Positions 27,008-36,344 of a stretch of 53,970 bases of DNA are shown here, in pieces. The DNA is from Pyrinomonadaceae bacterium (GTDB lineage: Bacteria; Acidobacteriota; Blastocatellia; Pyrinomonadales; Pyrinomonadaceae). A program made the position numbers and the translations under genes. Position 1 is the first letter of the stretch, and each line of letters starts with the position of its first letter. The stretch covers positions 1 through 53,970 of the forward strand of contig DATLVM010000223.1 of assembly GCA_035577445.1 (NCBI GenBank). Direction: 5' to 3'. The notes beneath the pieces are model-generated. The model was not told the origin of the DNA. It was given only the letters and a program-made list of their open reading frames with translations, and did no database searches.

Positions 27008-27170
27008 TCTTTACCTCAGAGTTTAAGCGTTCTTTGGATTCGAACTGAACGCGATTGAATGAAGCCCGACTTCCGCGAAATGAATTCATCGCAGCATATA
27101 TTACTTAACGCGAGTAAACCAGCTAGGTTAGACCTTTGACCATTGGTCAAAGAATCATCCCGATTGGCGT

Positions 27171-27674
27171 TTAGAGTTCTTTGGCCACTTGGGCTGCGAT
27201 GTCTTTGACTGAATCTGACTCTGTCGCCGCTACTCGACGATTTGAAAGAGCATAGTCAGCGCGTCGCGATTCATAACGCGACCAGGCCGATTCGCGATCG
27301 GGAGCGAGTGGGCGTGCTGTTGCGGCCGCGACGATTCGGTTCCAACAGATCTCGAAAGGCACATCGAGCCAGACGGCCTCGCACTCATGAAGGGCCGCGA
27401 GCGTGCGATTCGCGGGAATTGTCCATGTCCCACCGCCGAGCGCGATTACTCGCGCATCTTTGTTTTGCAGAACATCGCGCAGTGCGAGCGTTTCGAGTTC
27501 CCGAAATGTTTCTTCACCGTCTTGTTGAATTATTTCTGCGGGTGAACGACCGTGACGTTCGGTGATGAATGAGTCCAAATCGACATAGTTACAATCCAAT
27601 TGCCGCGCGAGTTCTTTTGCGACAGTGGTTTTGCCGCAAGCCATGAAGCCGAGAATGACGATTCGACGATTCAT
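27171..27674 (-). CDS. aroK: shikimate kinase
   Basis: Walker A GFMACGKTT appears right after MNRRIVIL. The start is reset to ATG 27674 because the 17 upstream codons of the ORF track are translated from the palindromic repeat. Confidence 0.85.
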   Translation of the reverse strand: MNRRIVILGFMACGKTTVAKELARQLDCNYVDLDSFITERHGRSPAEIIQQDGEETFRELETLALRDVLQNKDARVIALGGGTWTIPANRTLAALHECEAVWLDVPFEICWNRIVAAATARPLAPDRESAWSRYESRRADYALSNRRVAATESDSVKDIAAQVAKEL

Positions 27675-27682
27675 TTGCAGTT

Positions 27683-27792
27683 GTGTCAGAACCGGGAGCG
27701 GTAGCGACCGGATCAAGTGTAGCAATGATTTGGAACCGCGGCGGCGGAGAGGCTTTCCCTGATCCGGTCGCTACCGCTCCCGGTTCTGACAC
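27683..27792. repeat. REP-like palindromic element, GTGTCAGAACCGGGAGC variant
   Basis: About 32-nt arms: GTGTCAGAACCGGGAGCGGTAGCGACCGGATCA pairs with TGATCCGGTCGCTACCGCTCCCGGTTCTGACAC. It lies between the aroA stop and the aroK start. Confidence 0.9.
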
Positions 27793-27797
27793 TTATT

Positions 27798-29165
27798 TCA
27801 CCTTTCAACTACTGATTCAAGCAGTTCGAAAAACTCCGGAAACGAAACGGCAACGCATTCAGCGCCGGCAATTTCCGTCTCGCCTTCGGCCAACAAGCCG
27901 GCCACGGCAAAGGCCATCGCGATGCGATGATCGCCGCGCGGATCAATCTTCGCGCCGCGAAGTTTCATCAGCCCATTGACGCGCAGTCCATCCTCGAACT
28001 CTTCTACTTGCGCTCCCATCGCGCGCAGATTCTCGACGGTCGTTGAAATGCGATCTGATTCCTTGACGCGCAACTCTCTCGCGTCGCGAATCTCGATGCC
28101 GCCTTCGATTTGCGATCCGAACACGGCGATCAACGGCAGCTCGTCAATCAGTTTCGGAATCGCGAGACCGTTCACAGTCAGCGTTGAATCGATGCGGTCA
28201 GAAATTCGCACCTCTTTCCCTGTGACTCGAACCGAACCGACTGGCTCATTGCTTTGCACGCCCAGGTCATCAATCACAACGTTGCTGCCAAGCTGTTGCA
28301 GCGTCTCGATAAATGCCGCGCGCGTTTCGTTAAGCCCGACGCGGTTAACTTCTAAGAATGATTCTGGCAGCAACGCAGCCGCCGCAATGAAATAAGCCGC
28401 CGAAGAAATGTCACCCGGCACGTCAACATCGCACGCATGCAATTGCGCCCGACCGTCGAGAGATGCAAACCGCGCGTTTTCAGGTTCACGCTCTGGCTTT
28501 CCTGTTTCGATGTTCGCGCCGAACAGCTTCAGCATGCGTTCGGTGTGATCGCGCGTGGCTTCGTTTTCGATCACTGTCGTTTTGCCTTCAGCGGGCAGCC
28601 CGCCGAGGAGAATGCATGATTTCACCTGGGCGCTCGCGACCAGCAACTCGTAATTGATCGCCTTCAATCGTTTGCTGCCGCGAATCGTCAGAGGCGCGCG
28701 CCCGTCGTTTGAAGAAATGTTCGCCCCCATCATTTCCAGCGGCTCGATGATCCTCTGCATCGGACGTGAGCGCAGCGATTCATCGCCTGTCAAAGTCGCC
28801 TCGAAATCGCATCCTGCTAAAATCCCTGCCAGCAGGCGCATCGTTGTGCCGCTGTTGCCGCAATCCAGCGGCGCGTCCGGCGCACGCAATCCGCCAGGGC
28901 CAACACCATAGATCGTCACATCATTCCCGGTCCCTTCAATTCGCACACCGAGCTGCCGCAGACACGAAAGCGTCGCCGCGCAATCAGCGCTCGTCGAATA
29001 ATTTGTGACGTGCGACGCACCGTCAGCGAGCGCGGCAATCATCGCGGCGCGATGGGAAATCGATTTATCGCCCGGCACGCGGATGCGACCGCGAATACGT
29101 TTTGCTGCTTGGACAATCACTAAGTGAATCTTACCTTCGTGAGTAACCATAACGATAGCCGACAA
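27798..29165 (-). CDS. aroA: 3-phosphoshikimate 1-carboxyvinyltransferase (EPSP synthase)
   Basis: Motifs: VPGDKSISHR, LDCGNSGTTMRLLAGIL, and a C-terminal RGDHRIAMAF. An alternative start lies at 29150. Confidence 0.95.
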   Translation of the reverse strand: MSAIVMVTHEGKIHLVIVQAAKRIRGRIRVPGDKSISHRAAMIAALADGASHVTNYSTSADCAATLSCLRQLGVRIEGTGNDVTIYGVGPGGLRAPDAPLDCGNSGTTMRLLAGILAGCDFEATLTGDESLRSRPMQRIIEPLEMMGANISSNDGRAPLTIRGSKRLKAINYELLVASAQVKSCILLGGLPAEGKTTVIENEATRDHTERMLKLFGANIETGKPEREPENARFASLDGRAQLHACDVDVPGDISSAAYFIAAAALLPESFLEVNRVGLNETRAAFIETLQQLGSNVVIDDLGVQSNEPVGSVRVTGKEVRISDRIDSTLTVNGLAIPKLIDELPLIAVFGSQIEGGIEIRDARELRVKESDRISTTVENLRAMGAQVEEFEDGLRVNGLMKLRGAKIDPRGDHRIAMAFAVAGLLAEGETEIAGAECVAVSFPEFFELLESVVER

Positions 29166-29311
29166 GATATCGGCGCGCTCCGCAGGCAGATGTCCGCGCT
29201 TCTTTCGCAGTTTCTTGACATGCCCCCAGCGCGCGTGTTACACGAACGTCCTCGTTCGCTCATTATTGCAGCAGCCGAACCGGAACCCCGGCGAGAAAGG
29301 CCGCGCCTTTT

Positions 29312-29725
29312 GTGACCGACCAAACGACGCGACTAGTTTTGCCCAGCCACGTTGAGGCCGTTGCCGATGCCGCCGCGGCGGTGACGGACTTCATTCGTAA
29401 CTGTGGCGCGTCTGAGGAAGCCGGTTTTGGAGTCGAGATGGCTGTGCGCGAGGCCGTCACGAATGCAGTGGTCCACGGTAATCAGGAAGACGAAGCCAAG
29501 TCAGTTGAAGTCATCTTGAATTGCCATGACAACGAACTCGAAGTTGAAGTGAGAGATCAAGGTGCCGGGTTTGATCCGCAGGATGTGCCTGATCCTACCG
29601 ATCCGGCGAACCTCCTGAAGACTTCAGGACGCGGCATCTTTCTGATGCGGACCTTCATGGATGACATTCAATGGTTGCCAACTCCTGAAGGCGGCACCGC
29701 GGTACGAATGATAAAAAGACTTTAG
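29312..29725 (+). CDS. anti-sigma regulatory factor / serine protein kinase (RsbW/SpoIIAB-like)
   Basis: HATPase_c_2 motifs: EAVTNAVVHGN, DQGAGFD, GRGIFLMRTFMD. GTG start. Confidence 0.8.
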   Translation: MTDQTTRLVLPSHVEAVADAAAAVTDFIRNCGASEEAGFGVEMAVREAVTNAVVHGNQEDEAKSVEVILNCHDNELEVEVRDQGAGFDPQDVPDPTDPANLLKTSGRGIFLMRTFMDDIQWLPTPEGGTAVRMIKRL

Positions 29726-29815
29726 ATTTTTGATCGTTGATTTGGGATTTGTGATCGGCCACCCCAAAGTGACAGACTGGTCGAGTCAAAATCGCAAATC
29801 AGAAATTGAAAATCC
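29725..29815. repeat. imperfect inverted low-complexity repeat (GATTTTNGAT.../...AAATCAGAAATTGAAAATC)
   Basis: 29725-29757 and 29786-29815 are approximate reverse complements built from GATTT/AAATC units. Confidence 0.5.
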
Positions 29816-29830
29816 CTTAGGAGCGTAATC

Positions 29831-30178
29831 ATGGCAGAACTAAACATTCGCGAGCGACAAGCCGGCGATATCACCGTGTTGGACATGGACGGCCGCATCA
29901 CGATTGGCGAAGGCAGCGTCGCTTTGCGCAGCGCGATTCGCCGGTTGCTCGAAGAAGGCAAGAAGAAGATCCTGCTTAACCTGGCAGGCGTTGGTTACAT
30001 CGATTCCAGCGGCATCGGCGAACTGGTTTCGAGTTACACGGCCATCAACAAAGAAGGTGGCCAGTTGAAATTGTTGAGTCTGACCCAAAAGCTTCAGGAT
30101 CTGCTCACCATCACCAAGCTGCTCACCGTTTTCGATGCTTACGACACCGAAGCTGATGCGCTGAGTAACTTCAAATAA
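29831..30178 (+). CDS. STAS-domain anti-sigma-factor antagonist
   Basis: The YIDSSGIGELV phosphorylatable-serine loop is present. 115 aa. Confidence 0.85.
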   Translation: MAELNIRERQAGDITVLDMDGRITIGEGSVALRSAIRRLLEEGKKKILLNLAGVGYIDSSGIGELVSSYTAINKEGGQLKLLSLTQKLQDLLTITKLLTVFDAYDTEADALSNFK

Positions 30179-30226
30179 GATTCGAACAACGTGCGCATCT
30201 TTTGCGTAAGGTAACTGGAGGTTTTA

Positions 30227-30574
30227 ATGGCTCAACTGAATATTAAGAAACGGCAAGCCGGCGACGTGGCAATTCTCGATCTGGACGGTGAGGTTCGCAT
30301 CGGCGACAGCGCCACCGCGCTGCGTACCGCGATTCGCGATCTGGTCGCGGGAGGCAGTCAAAAGATCTTGTTGAATCTCGGTGGCGTAAAGTACATCGAC
30401 TCAAGCGGCATCGGCGAATTGATCGCGAACTACACGACAGTTGGTCGCACTGGTGGTCAACTCAAGCTGCTCAATCTTACTGAGAAGGTCCAGGATCTGC
30501 TCGTGATCACCAAGCTGCTGACAGTGTTCGATGTTTATGACAACGAAGCTGACGCGCTGGCGAGCTTCAAATAG
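30227..30574 (+). CDS. STAS-domain anti-sigma-factor antagonist (tandem paralog)
   Basis: Same length (115 aa) and the same YIDSSGIGELI loop. Roughly two thirds of residues are identical to the preceding gene by eye. Confidence 0.85.
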   Translation: MAQLNIKKRQAGDVAILDLDGEVRIGDSATALRTAIRDLVAGGSQKILLNLGGVKYIDSSGIGELIANYTTVGRTGGQLKLLNLTEKVQDLLVITKLLTVFDVYDNEADALASFK

Positions 30575-30653
30575 GATCGGCTAATGAAGGATCAGCTACG
30601 GCCCAGTTATTTGCTGGGCCGTATTTTTATGCGTCAGTGATATCATCTCCGCC

Positions 30654-31283
30654 GTGATCCCTGAGAAATTCGACAAAGCCGCCAGCGATGCGATCGCGCA
30701 AACCGTCGCTGACATCGAGAAGCAAACTAATGCCGAAGTCGTTGTCGTGGTGCGCGGCCGCTCAGGCACGTACCGGCACGCGGACTATCTGTTCGGCGCG
30801 TTCGTGGCTTTCATCGGGGTGATTTTGATTCTCTTCTCGCCCTGGGAATTTCACACCTACTGGATTCCTTTTGATGTCGTCGCTCTGTTCATTGCGGGAG
30901 CATGGGTATCTTCGCGCGGTGATTTTTTGCGCCGCCTGTTGACGACGAAAGCCTTTCAAACGAAGGCGGCACGCGCGGGCGCGGCGGCGATGTTCTACGA
31001 AGCGGGCATCGCGAACACGTCCGCCGAGAACGGCGTGCTGATCTATCTGTCACTACTGGAGCGACAACTGGAAATCATTGCTGACCGCGGCATCCTAACC
31101 AGTGTGCCGCCGCTGAAATGGAACCATGCGGTCTATGAAATTAAGGAATCAGCGCAGCGACCGACGCCAACTATGTTGATTGGCGGCCTCGAGTCATTGG
31201 GCAAACTGCTGGCTGAACATGTGCCTGCCACCGGCGAAAATCCGAATGAATTGGCCGACGGGCCGCGCATTGAACTGAAATGA
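30654..31283 (+). CDS. TPM-domain-like membrane protein
   Basis: AIAQTVADIEKQTNAEVVVVV resembles the TPM/YgcG signature. Two TM helices. GTG start. Confidence 0.5.
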   Translation: MIPEKFDKAASDAIAQTVADIEKQTNAEVVVVVRGRSGTYRHADYLFGAFVAFIGVILILFSPWEFHTYWIPFDVVALFIAGAWVSSRGDFLRRLLTTKAFQTKAARAGAAAMFYEAGIANTSAENGVLIYLSLLERQLEIIADRGILTSVPPLKWNHAVYEIKESAQRPTPTMLIGGLESLGKLLAEHVPATGENPNELADGPRIELK

Positions 31284-32902
31284 CTTTGAAATCTCAAATC
31301 TCAAATTCGAAATCAACGCTGAGGTTGCGTTTGAAATCTCGAATTTTGAATTTGGAATTTCGAAGGATCGGTTCGCGATCGGCGTGGCGGCTACTCCTGA
31401 TTTGTACAACGGCGCTAACCGTCCTCGCGCTGGCAATGGACGTGTACTCCCGCGTAGGCGGCGGCGGCTCTTACGGCGGCGGCGGTGGCGGACATGGGGG
31501 CGGAGGCGGCGGCGCAGGCGCGCTCGTTTATTTGCTCGTTAGGTTCTTGCTGTGGCTGACGATCGAGCATCCGGTCATCGGCATTCCGGTCGATATCGTC
31601 GTCATCGCGATCGTCATCTATTGGTTCGCGAAGCCTTCGAACAAGAGCGTCTCGATCACCTCAACCTCCATGGTCGCGCCTGACTCAGTCGCTACTGTCG
31701 CCCAGCAACAGCGGAGTGTTCAGCGCGCGTTCAATCAACTGCGTCGCTTCGATCCGAATTTTTCGGAAATCATCTTCACTGATTTCTGTTATGCCTTGTA
31801 CGGGCGCTCTCATGATGCGCGCGGACATGGAGCGAGAGCGCTTAATGATTTGTCGCCTTACTTGAGCGATACAGCGCGCGGTTCATTGTTGCAACTCAAC
31901 TCGCCAACTCTGAAAGCAGTGCAGGGAATCATTGTCGGCGCGATGAAGGTCGTGAATGTGCGTGGGCTTGACCAGCCAATGGTCAACATCACGATCGACT
32001 TCGAATCGAACTACACGGAATTCACGCCGCGTGAGGGCGATCCGCGTGGCGAAATGAGTTACTACGTGCGCGAGCGTTGGGTGCTTGAGCGCAAGCGCGA
32101 CGTGTTGTCGCCAACACCGGACCAGGCGACCGCGTTGCATTGTCCGCGATGCGGTGCGGCCCTGCAGAAAGATACAAACGGCGCCTGTGCGTTCTGCGGC
32201 ACAAAGATCGAGAGCGGCGAATTCCAATGGTACGTGCGCACGATTCAGACGCTCAGCCGCGAAGCGCGTGGGCCGTTGCTGACGTCCGATGTGCCGGAAG
32301 TGGGAACGCTTAACGCGACGATCATGCAGCCGAATTTCCCCGCGGTGCGCGCGGCGTTCGAACAGAACAATCCCGACTTCAACTGGGCAGCTTTTCAGGC
32401 GCGCGCGCGCATGATCTTCAACGAGCTGCAAAATGCCTGGTCAACCTTGCAGTGGGAAAAGGCTCGGCCCTTCGAAACTGACAACATCTTTCAAATGCAT
32501 CGTTATTGGATCGAAGCTTATAAAGCCCAGAAACTCAGAAACGCCCTCGACCAATGCCAAATCACCGCGATGCAACCCGCGAAGATCAAAGTCGATTCTT
32601 TCTACAATTCGATCACGCTGCGCATCTTCGCGCAGGGGTACGATTACACGGTGAATCAAAATGGAGGAGTTGTTGCGGGATCAAACAGAAACCTCAGAAA
32701 GTGGAGTGAATACTGGACGTTCGTGCGTTATTGCAAAGCGAAACCGGTGGCTGCGCGTGCCGATCTCAATTGCCCGAATTGCGGCGCGCCTTTGAAAGTA
32801 AATGCCGTGGGCATTTGCGAATTCTGCGGTGGAAAGATCACCTCGGGAGAATTCGATTGGGTGCTCTCCAAGATCGAGCAGGACGAGAGCTACACGGGAT
32901 AG
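31280..32902 (+). CDS. membrane protein with Gly-rich segment and two Tim44-like + zinc-ribbon modules
   Basis: Signal-anchor AWRLLLICTTALTVLALA, then a GGGGSYGGGGGGHGGGGGG run. Two repeats each end in C-P-x-CGA ... C-x-FCG-x-KI-x-SGEF-x-W. The start is uncertain because the first ~30 codons are translated from the low-complexity repeat. Confidence 0.6.
   Translation: MTLKSQISNSKSTLRLRLKSRILNLEFRRIGSRSAWRLLLICTTALTVLALAMDVYSRVGGGGSYGGGGGGHGGGGGGAGALVYLLVRFLLWLTIEHPVIGIPVDIVVIAIVIYWFAKPSNKSVSITSTSMVAPDSVATVAQQQRSVQRAFNQLRRFDPNFSEIIFTDFCYALYGRSHDARGHGARALNDLSPYLSDTARGSLLQLNSPTLKAVQGIIVGAMKVVNVRGLDQPMVNITIDFESNYTEFTPREGDPRGEMSYYVRERWVLERKRDVLSPTPDQATALHCPRCGAALQKDTNGACAFCGTKIESGEFQWYVRTIQTLSREARGPLLTSDVPEVGTLNATIMQPNFPAVRAAFEQNNPDFNWAAFQARARMIFNELQNAWSTLQWEKARPFETDNIFQMHRYWIEAYKAQKLRNALDQCQITAMQPAKIKVDSFYNSITLRIFAQGYDYTVNQNGGVVAGSNRNLRKWSEYWTFVRYCKAKPVAARADLNCPNCGAPLKVNAVGICEFCGGKITSGEFDWVLSKIEQDESYTG
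31286..31365. repeat. low-complexity AAATCTCAAAT/GAAATTCGAAAT repeat block
   Basis: Sequence reads TTGAAATCTCAAATCTCAAATTCGAAATC ... TTTGAAATCTCGAATTTTGAATTTGGAATTTCGAA. A related block lies at 33011..33043. Confidence 0.7.
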
Positions 32903-33010
32903 AAGATTTATTTGCCATTTGAACATTCCTAAGAGTTAGTATCGAGGTTTTTCGCCTTGCGAAGCTCGGTATGGTCCAACTGACGCGGACGATTTAAGGT
33001 TCGCAATGAC

Positions 33011-33043
33011 AAATTCCAAATCTCAAATCTCAGATGTCAAATG
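33011..33043. repeat. low-complexity AAATCTCAAATCTCA repeat
   Basis: AAATTCCAAATCTCAAATCTCAGATGTCAAATG has the same unit as 31286..31365. Confidence 0.6.
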
Positions 33044-33230
33044 GTCTGGCCCAGCGATTGCTGCGAATTGTTCGCTCACGTTACAAGCTTGACGCTTTCC
33101 AAATCCGCTTGTTAGACTCGAATTACGTTCAAGGACAGACCCGAACACCAATCTCGCGAACGCAGTATTTTGTCTATAGGCCACAAGGTGTGACTTGCCT
33201 GGTGCTCGTAAAACTAGTCGGAGGTGTTAA

Positions 33231-33776
33231 GTGGGCTTCAAGGTCGGCCAGAAAGTTGTTTATCCCAATCACGGTATCGGCACAATCGAACAGATTGAAC
33301 AGAAGCAAATCGGAGCCGTCGCGCTTCCGTTCTACACGCTGCGACTTGCCGCTACTAATTCCCTCGTTCTCGTTCCTGTCTCCAATGCAATTGAAGTAGG
33401 ACTCCGTCGCCCCATTTCTTCAGGTGAATGCGATTCGCTCTTCAAAATGCTGGCCGAGGATTTCTCGACGCCGGCGAATGATTGGAAAGACCGCTTCAAA
33501 GATTTCTCCGATAAGATGCGGACCGGGAACATTTTTGAAGTTGCTGACGTGCTCAAGCACCTCAGTTATCTGAGCAGGTTAAAGCCGCTTTCATTCCGCG
33601 AGCAGCGGATGCTGGAGCGGTCCCGCTACCTGGTCGTTTCGGAACTTGCCGCAGTTTGTCGCCAGGCCGAATGCAATATCGAACCCCGCGTTGAGAACGC
33701 ACTGGCACAAGCCTGGACGAGGCACGACCGGCGATCCATTGGCCGCGCGCGCGTGGCCGCTGCCGGCGTACACTGA
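33231..33776 (+). CDS. carD: CarD/CdnL-family RNA-polymerase-binding transcription regulator
   Basis: N-terminal Tudor-like F-K-V-G-Q-K-V-V-Y-P-N-H-G-I-G-T-I. GTG start lies after GGAGG. Confidence 0.85.
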   Translation: MGFKVGQKVVYPNHGIGTIEQIEQKQIGAVALPFYTLRLAATNSLVLVPVSNAIEVGLRRPISSGECDSLFKMLAEDFSTPANDWKDRFKDFSDKMRTGNIFEVADVLKHLSYLSRLKPLSFREQRMLERSRYLVVSELAAVCRQAECNIEPRVENALAQAWTRHDRRSIGRARVAAAGVH

Positions 33777-33896
33777 GCTAAACTTCAATTCTAAAGAAAT
33801 TGCGCTGGTGGCTCCCCACGGCGGGCGGCTGATGTCTGTGCACAGGCCATGTTAGAATGTCACCCAAAGGTGCTCCCATTTTCACTTAGCTAAGAG

Positions 33897-35312
33897 ATGG
33901 ACGATCCTGCTAGTAATTTGCTGGCCTTTTTGGCCGAAGACGGTCCGCACTTACCTACTCTGTTCAGCGTACTGGCGAAACTCTTCGCCGTCTTGTTTTT
34001 TGTCGGGGCGAACGCGTTTTTCGTGGGCGCCGAATTCGCGCTGGTATCGGTGCGCCGCACGCGTCTGGAAACACGCGCTGCCGCCGGTAGCCGGCGGGCG
34101 CAGGCCGCCGTCCGGCTAATCAACGATCCGAGTTTCTTTATTTCTTCCACACAGCTTGGGGTAACGCTCGCATCACTGGCGTTGGGTTGGATCGGCGAGC
34201 CAACTCTGGCGAGTCTGCTTGAACCACTGGCGGAAGCAATAGCGCCGGCGGGCAGAGCAGCTTATGTCGCACATATTCTGGCGATCATCATCGCTTTTGC
34301 TGTGATCACTTTTCTGCACATCGTGCTGGGCGAATTGATGCCAAAAATGGCCGCGCTTGAGCGAGCAGAAGGCCTGGCGTTGTTCGTGGCGCGTCCGCTC
34401 GAATTGTTCGCAAAGGTTTTTCGCGCTCCGATCTGGGTCTTTAATCGTACCGGAGCAGCGCTCGGCCGATTGATTGGGTTGAAGTCATCGCTGCAACACA
34501 CTGCCGTCTACAGCGAAGTAGAACTCAGACAACTCATCGACATCTCGCGCGAGAGTGGTCACTTGCGCGCTGAAGAGCGTCGGTTGATTCATCGTGTCTT
34601 CGAATTCTCAGACACGTTGGTAAGGGAAGCGATGGTGCCGCGACCGCAGATAGCGGCGATCTCAGCCGATTGTTCGCTCGCAGACATCCGGCGTGCATTT
34701 CAACAACATCGCTATTCGCGTCTTCCTGTCTACCGCGATTCATTGGACAACGTGATCGGATTCATTCACAGCAAAGACTTGATGCCTTATCTGCTGCGTC
34801 CCGATGATTTCAAGCTTGAGTATGTCCTACAACCGCCGATGTACGTGGTAGATACAGCGCGACTTGAAGATGTGCTCCGTCAGATGCAAAGGAAGAAGAC
34901 GCACTTTGGCTTCGTCGTGGATGAGCACGGCGGAATCGAAGGCATCATCACGTTGGAAGATTTGCTCGAAGAAATTGTCGGCGACATTTCAGATGAGCAC
35001 GACGAAGAAGTAAACGAGCAAATCACGCCAGTGAGTGAGAGGATGTACGCCCTGGACGGCTCGCTGGCGGTGCGCGATCTGAATCGGCGCTTGAAGACAT
35101 CGCTCCCGGAGTCGGAGGCGTATACGACCGTCGGCGGTTACCTCATGAGTGTCGCCGGCCACGTCTTGCAGCCCGGTGAAGTGATTGAAGCCGACGGATT
35201 GAAGTTTGTCGTTGAGAAAGTCGAGCGCCGTCGATTACTGAAGGTCACGCTTGAATTGTCTGAGAGAAAAACGGAAGTTGAACCTGCCGAATCCGCCCCG
35301 GCCGCGCACTGA
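33897..35312 (+). CDS. CNNM/DUF21 - CBS pair - CorC_HlyC family transporter-associated protein (hemolysin-like)
   Basis: Four N-terminal TM helices (FFVGAEFALVSV). CBS region (REAMVPRPQI ... LPVY ... GFVVDEHGGIEGIITLEDLLEEIVGDI). CorC_HlyC C-terminus. Confidence 0.9.
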   Translation: MDDPASNLLAFLAEDGPHLPTLFSVLAKLFAVLFFVGANAFFVGAEFALVSVRRTRLETRAAAGSRRAQAAVRLINDPSFFISSTQLGVTLASLALGWIGEPTLASLLEPLAEAIAPAGRAAYVAHILAIIIAFAVITFLHIVLGELMPKMAALERAEGLALFVARPLELFAKVFRAPIWVFNRTGAALGRLIGLKSSLQHTAVYSEVELRQLIDISRESGHLRAEERRLIHRVFEFSDTLVREAMVPRPQIAAISADCSLADIRRAFQQHRYSRLPVYRDSLDNVIGFIHSKDLMPYLLRPDDFKLEYVLQPPMYVVDTARLEDVLRQMQRKKTHFGFVVDEHGGIEGIITLEDLLEEIVGDISDEHDEEVNEQITPVSERMYALDGSLAVRDLNRRLKTSLPESEAYTTVGGYLMSVAGHVLQPGEVIEADGLKFVVEKVERRRLLKVTLELSERKTEVEPAESAPAAH

Positions 35313-35336
35313 GGTGGCGCAAATTACCGATTTGCG

Positions 35337-36344
35337 CTACGCGGCTCGAAACAAATTACTGCTGAATCGCTTGCCTTTGTCCAACCACTGATGCTCCAGT
35401 TTGAAACCGGACTGCGTCCCTAATTCTCGCAAGCCTTGTAAGTCAAACTTGTAGGAGTTTTCCATGTGAATTCGCTCGCCCATCTTGAATTCAACTGATG
35501 AGTTGAGTTCACGGATGTCGACCGTCTGATCGCGCAGGCTCTCGAGATAGACTTCCACCCGTCCGGCTGATTCGTTGTAAGCAGAGCGCAAACCGAACGC
35601 CCACAGATCGATGTTGGCTCCCAGTTCGCGATTGATGCGCGCGAGTTCGTTGACGATGAACGCACGCGTTACCCCCAGCGGGTCATTGTAAGCAGCCTCA
35701 AGCACCGCCGCGTCCTTTTTCAAATCCGCGCCCAGCAGAAGCGCATCGCCTTTGCGCAAAACTTTCCGGATGGCGCGGAGGAAGCGCAAGGCATCATCTG
35801 GCTCGAAGTTGCCGATGTTCGATCCGAGAAACAGAACGAGCGCAGGCTCCGATCCAGCTAGTTTCAACGCATCCAACGCCTGAAAGTAATCGGCCGCGTA
35901 GGCTTCGATTTGCAGCGCGGGATATGAAACCAGCAGCGCATGAGAACTTTCTTCGAGCGCCGACGCGGAAATATCCACGGGAACAAACAGCAGATCGGCC
36001 TGGCGCCGGAAAAATGCGTCGATGACTTTGCGCGTCTTTTCAGCGCTGCCGCTACCCAGTTCGATCAGTGTGTGACAATCGGGCGTCGCAGAGACGATAT
36101 CATCAGCGTGATTCGTAAGGATCTCGTCTTCGGATCTGGTCAAATAATATTCATCAACTTCACAGATCGCTTCGAACAAGCGAGAGCCTAACTCGTCGTA
36201 GAGATACTTCGGGAAGAGCTGCTTCGGCGTGGAAGACAGCCCGCGCTGAACATCGCGCGCGAAGTCCGCGTGCCCATTCCGCTGCGCCAGATCGTGAATG
36301 ATGAGGCGCGACTCCCAACCCTCTGATTTGAGTGCGGCGACCAA
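35337..36344 (-). CDS. egtD: EgtD-like SAM-dependent histidine N-alpha-methyltransferase family protein
   Basis: PKYLYDELGSRLFEAICEVDEYYLTRSE, ELGSGS and FLGSNIGNF are typical of the EgtD / Methyltransf_33 family. The start codon is non-ATG in the ORF track and is uncertain. Confidence 0.7.
   Translation of the reverse strand: MVAALKSEGWESRLIIHDLAQRNGHADFARDVQRGLSSTPKQLFPKYLYDELGSRLFEAICEVDEYYLTRSEDEILTNHADDIVSATPDCHTLIELGSGSAEKTRKVIDAFFRRQADLLFVPVDISASALEESSHALLVSYPALQIEAYAADYFQALDALKLAGSEPALVLFLGSNIGNFEPDDALRFLRAIRKVLRKGDALLLGADLKKDAAVLEAAYNDPLGVTRAFIVNELARINRELGANIDLWAFGLRSAYNESAGRVEVYLESLRDQTVDIRELNSSVEFKMGERIHMENSYKFDLQGLRELGTQSGFKLEHQWLDKGKRFSSNLFRAA

Noticed and set aside
27675-27725. 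N-terminal extension of aroK (MLHLIRSLPLPVLTQLQ) in the ORF track
   Set aside because: These codons are translated from the arm of the palindromic GTGTCAGAACCGGGAGC repeat. The Walker-A-containing core starts at ATG 27674.
33034-33399. 121-aa plus-strand ORF overlapping the start of carD
   Set aside because: It begins in the low-complexity AAATCTCAAAT repeat and overlaps the well-supported carD frame (GTG 33231 after GGAGG). It has no motifs.
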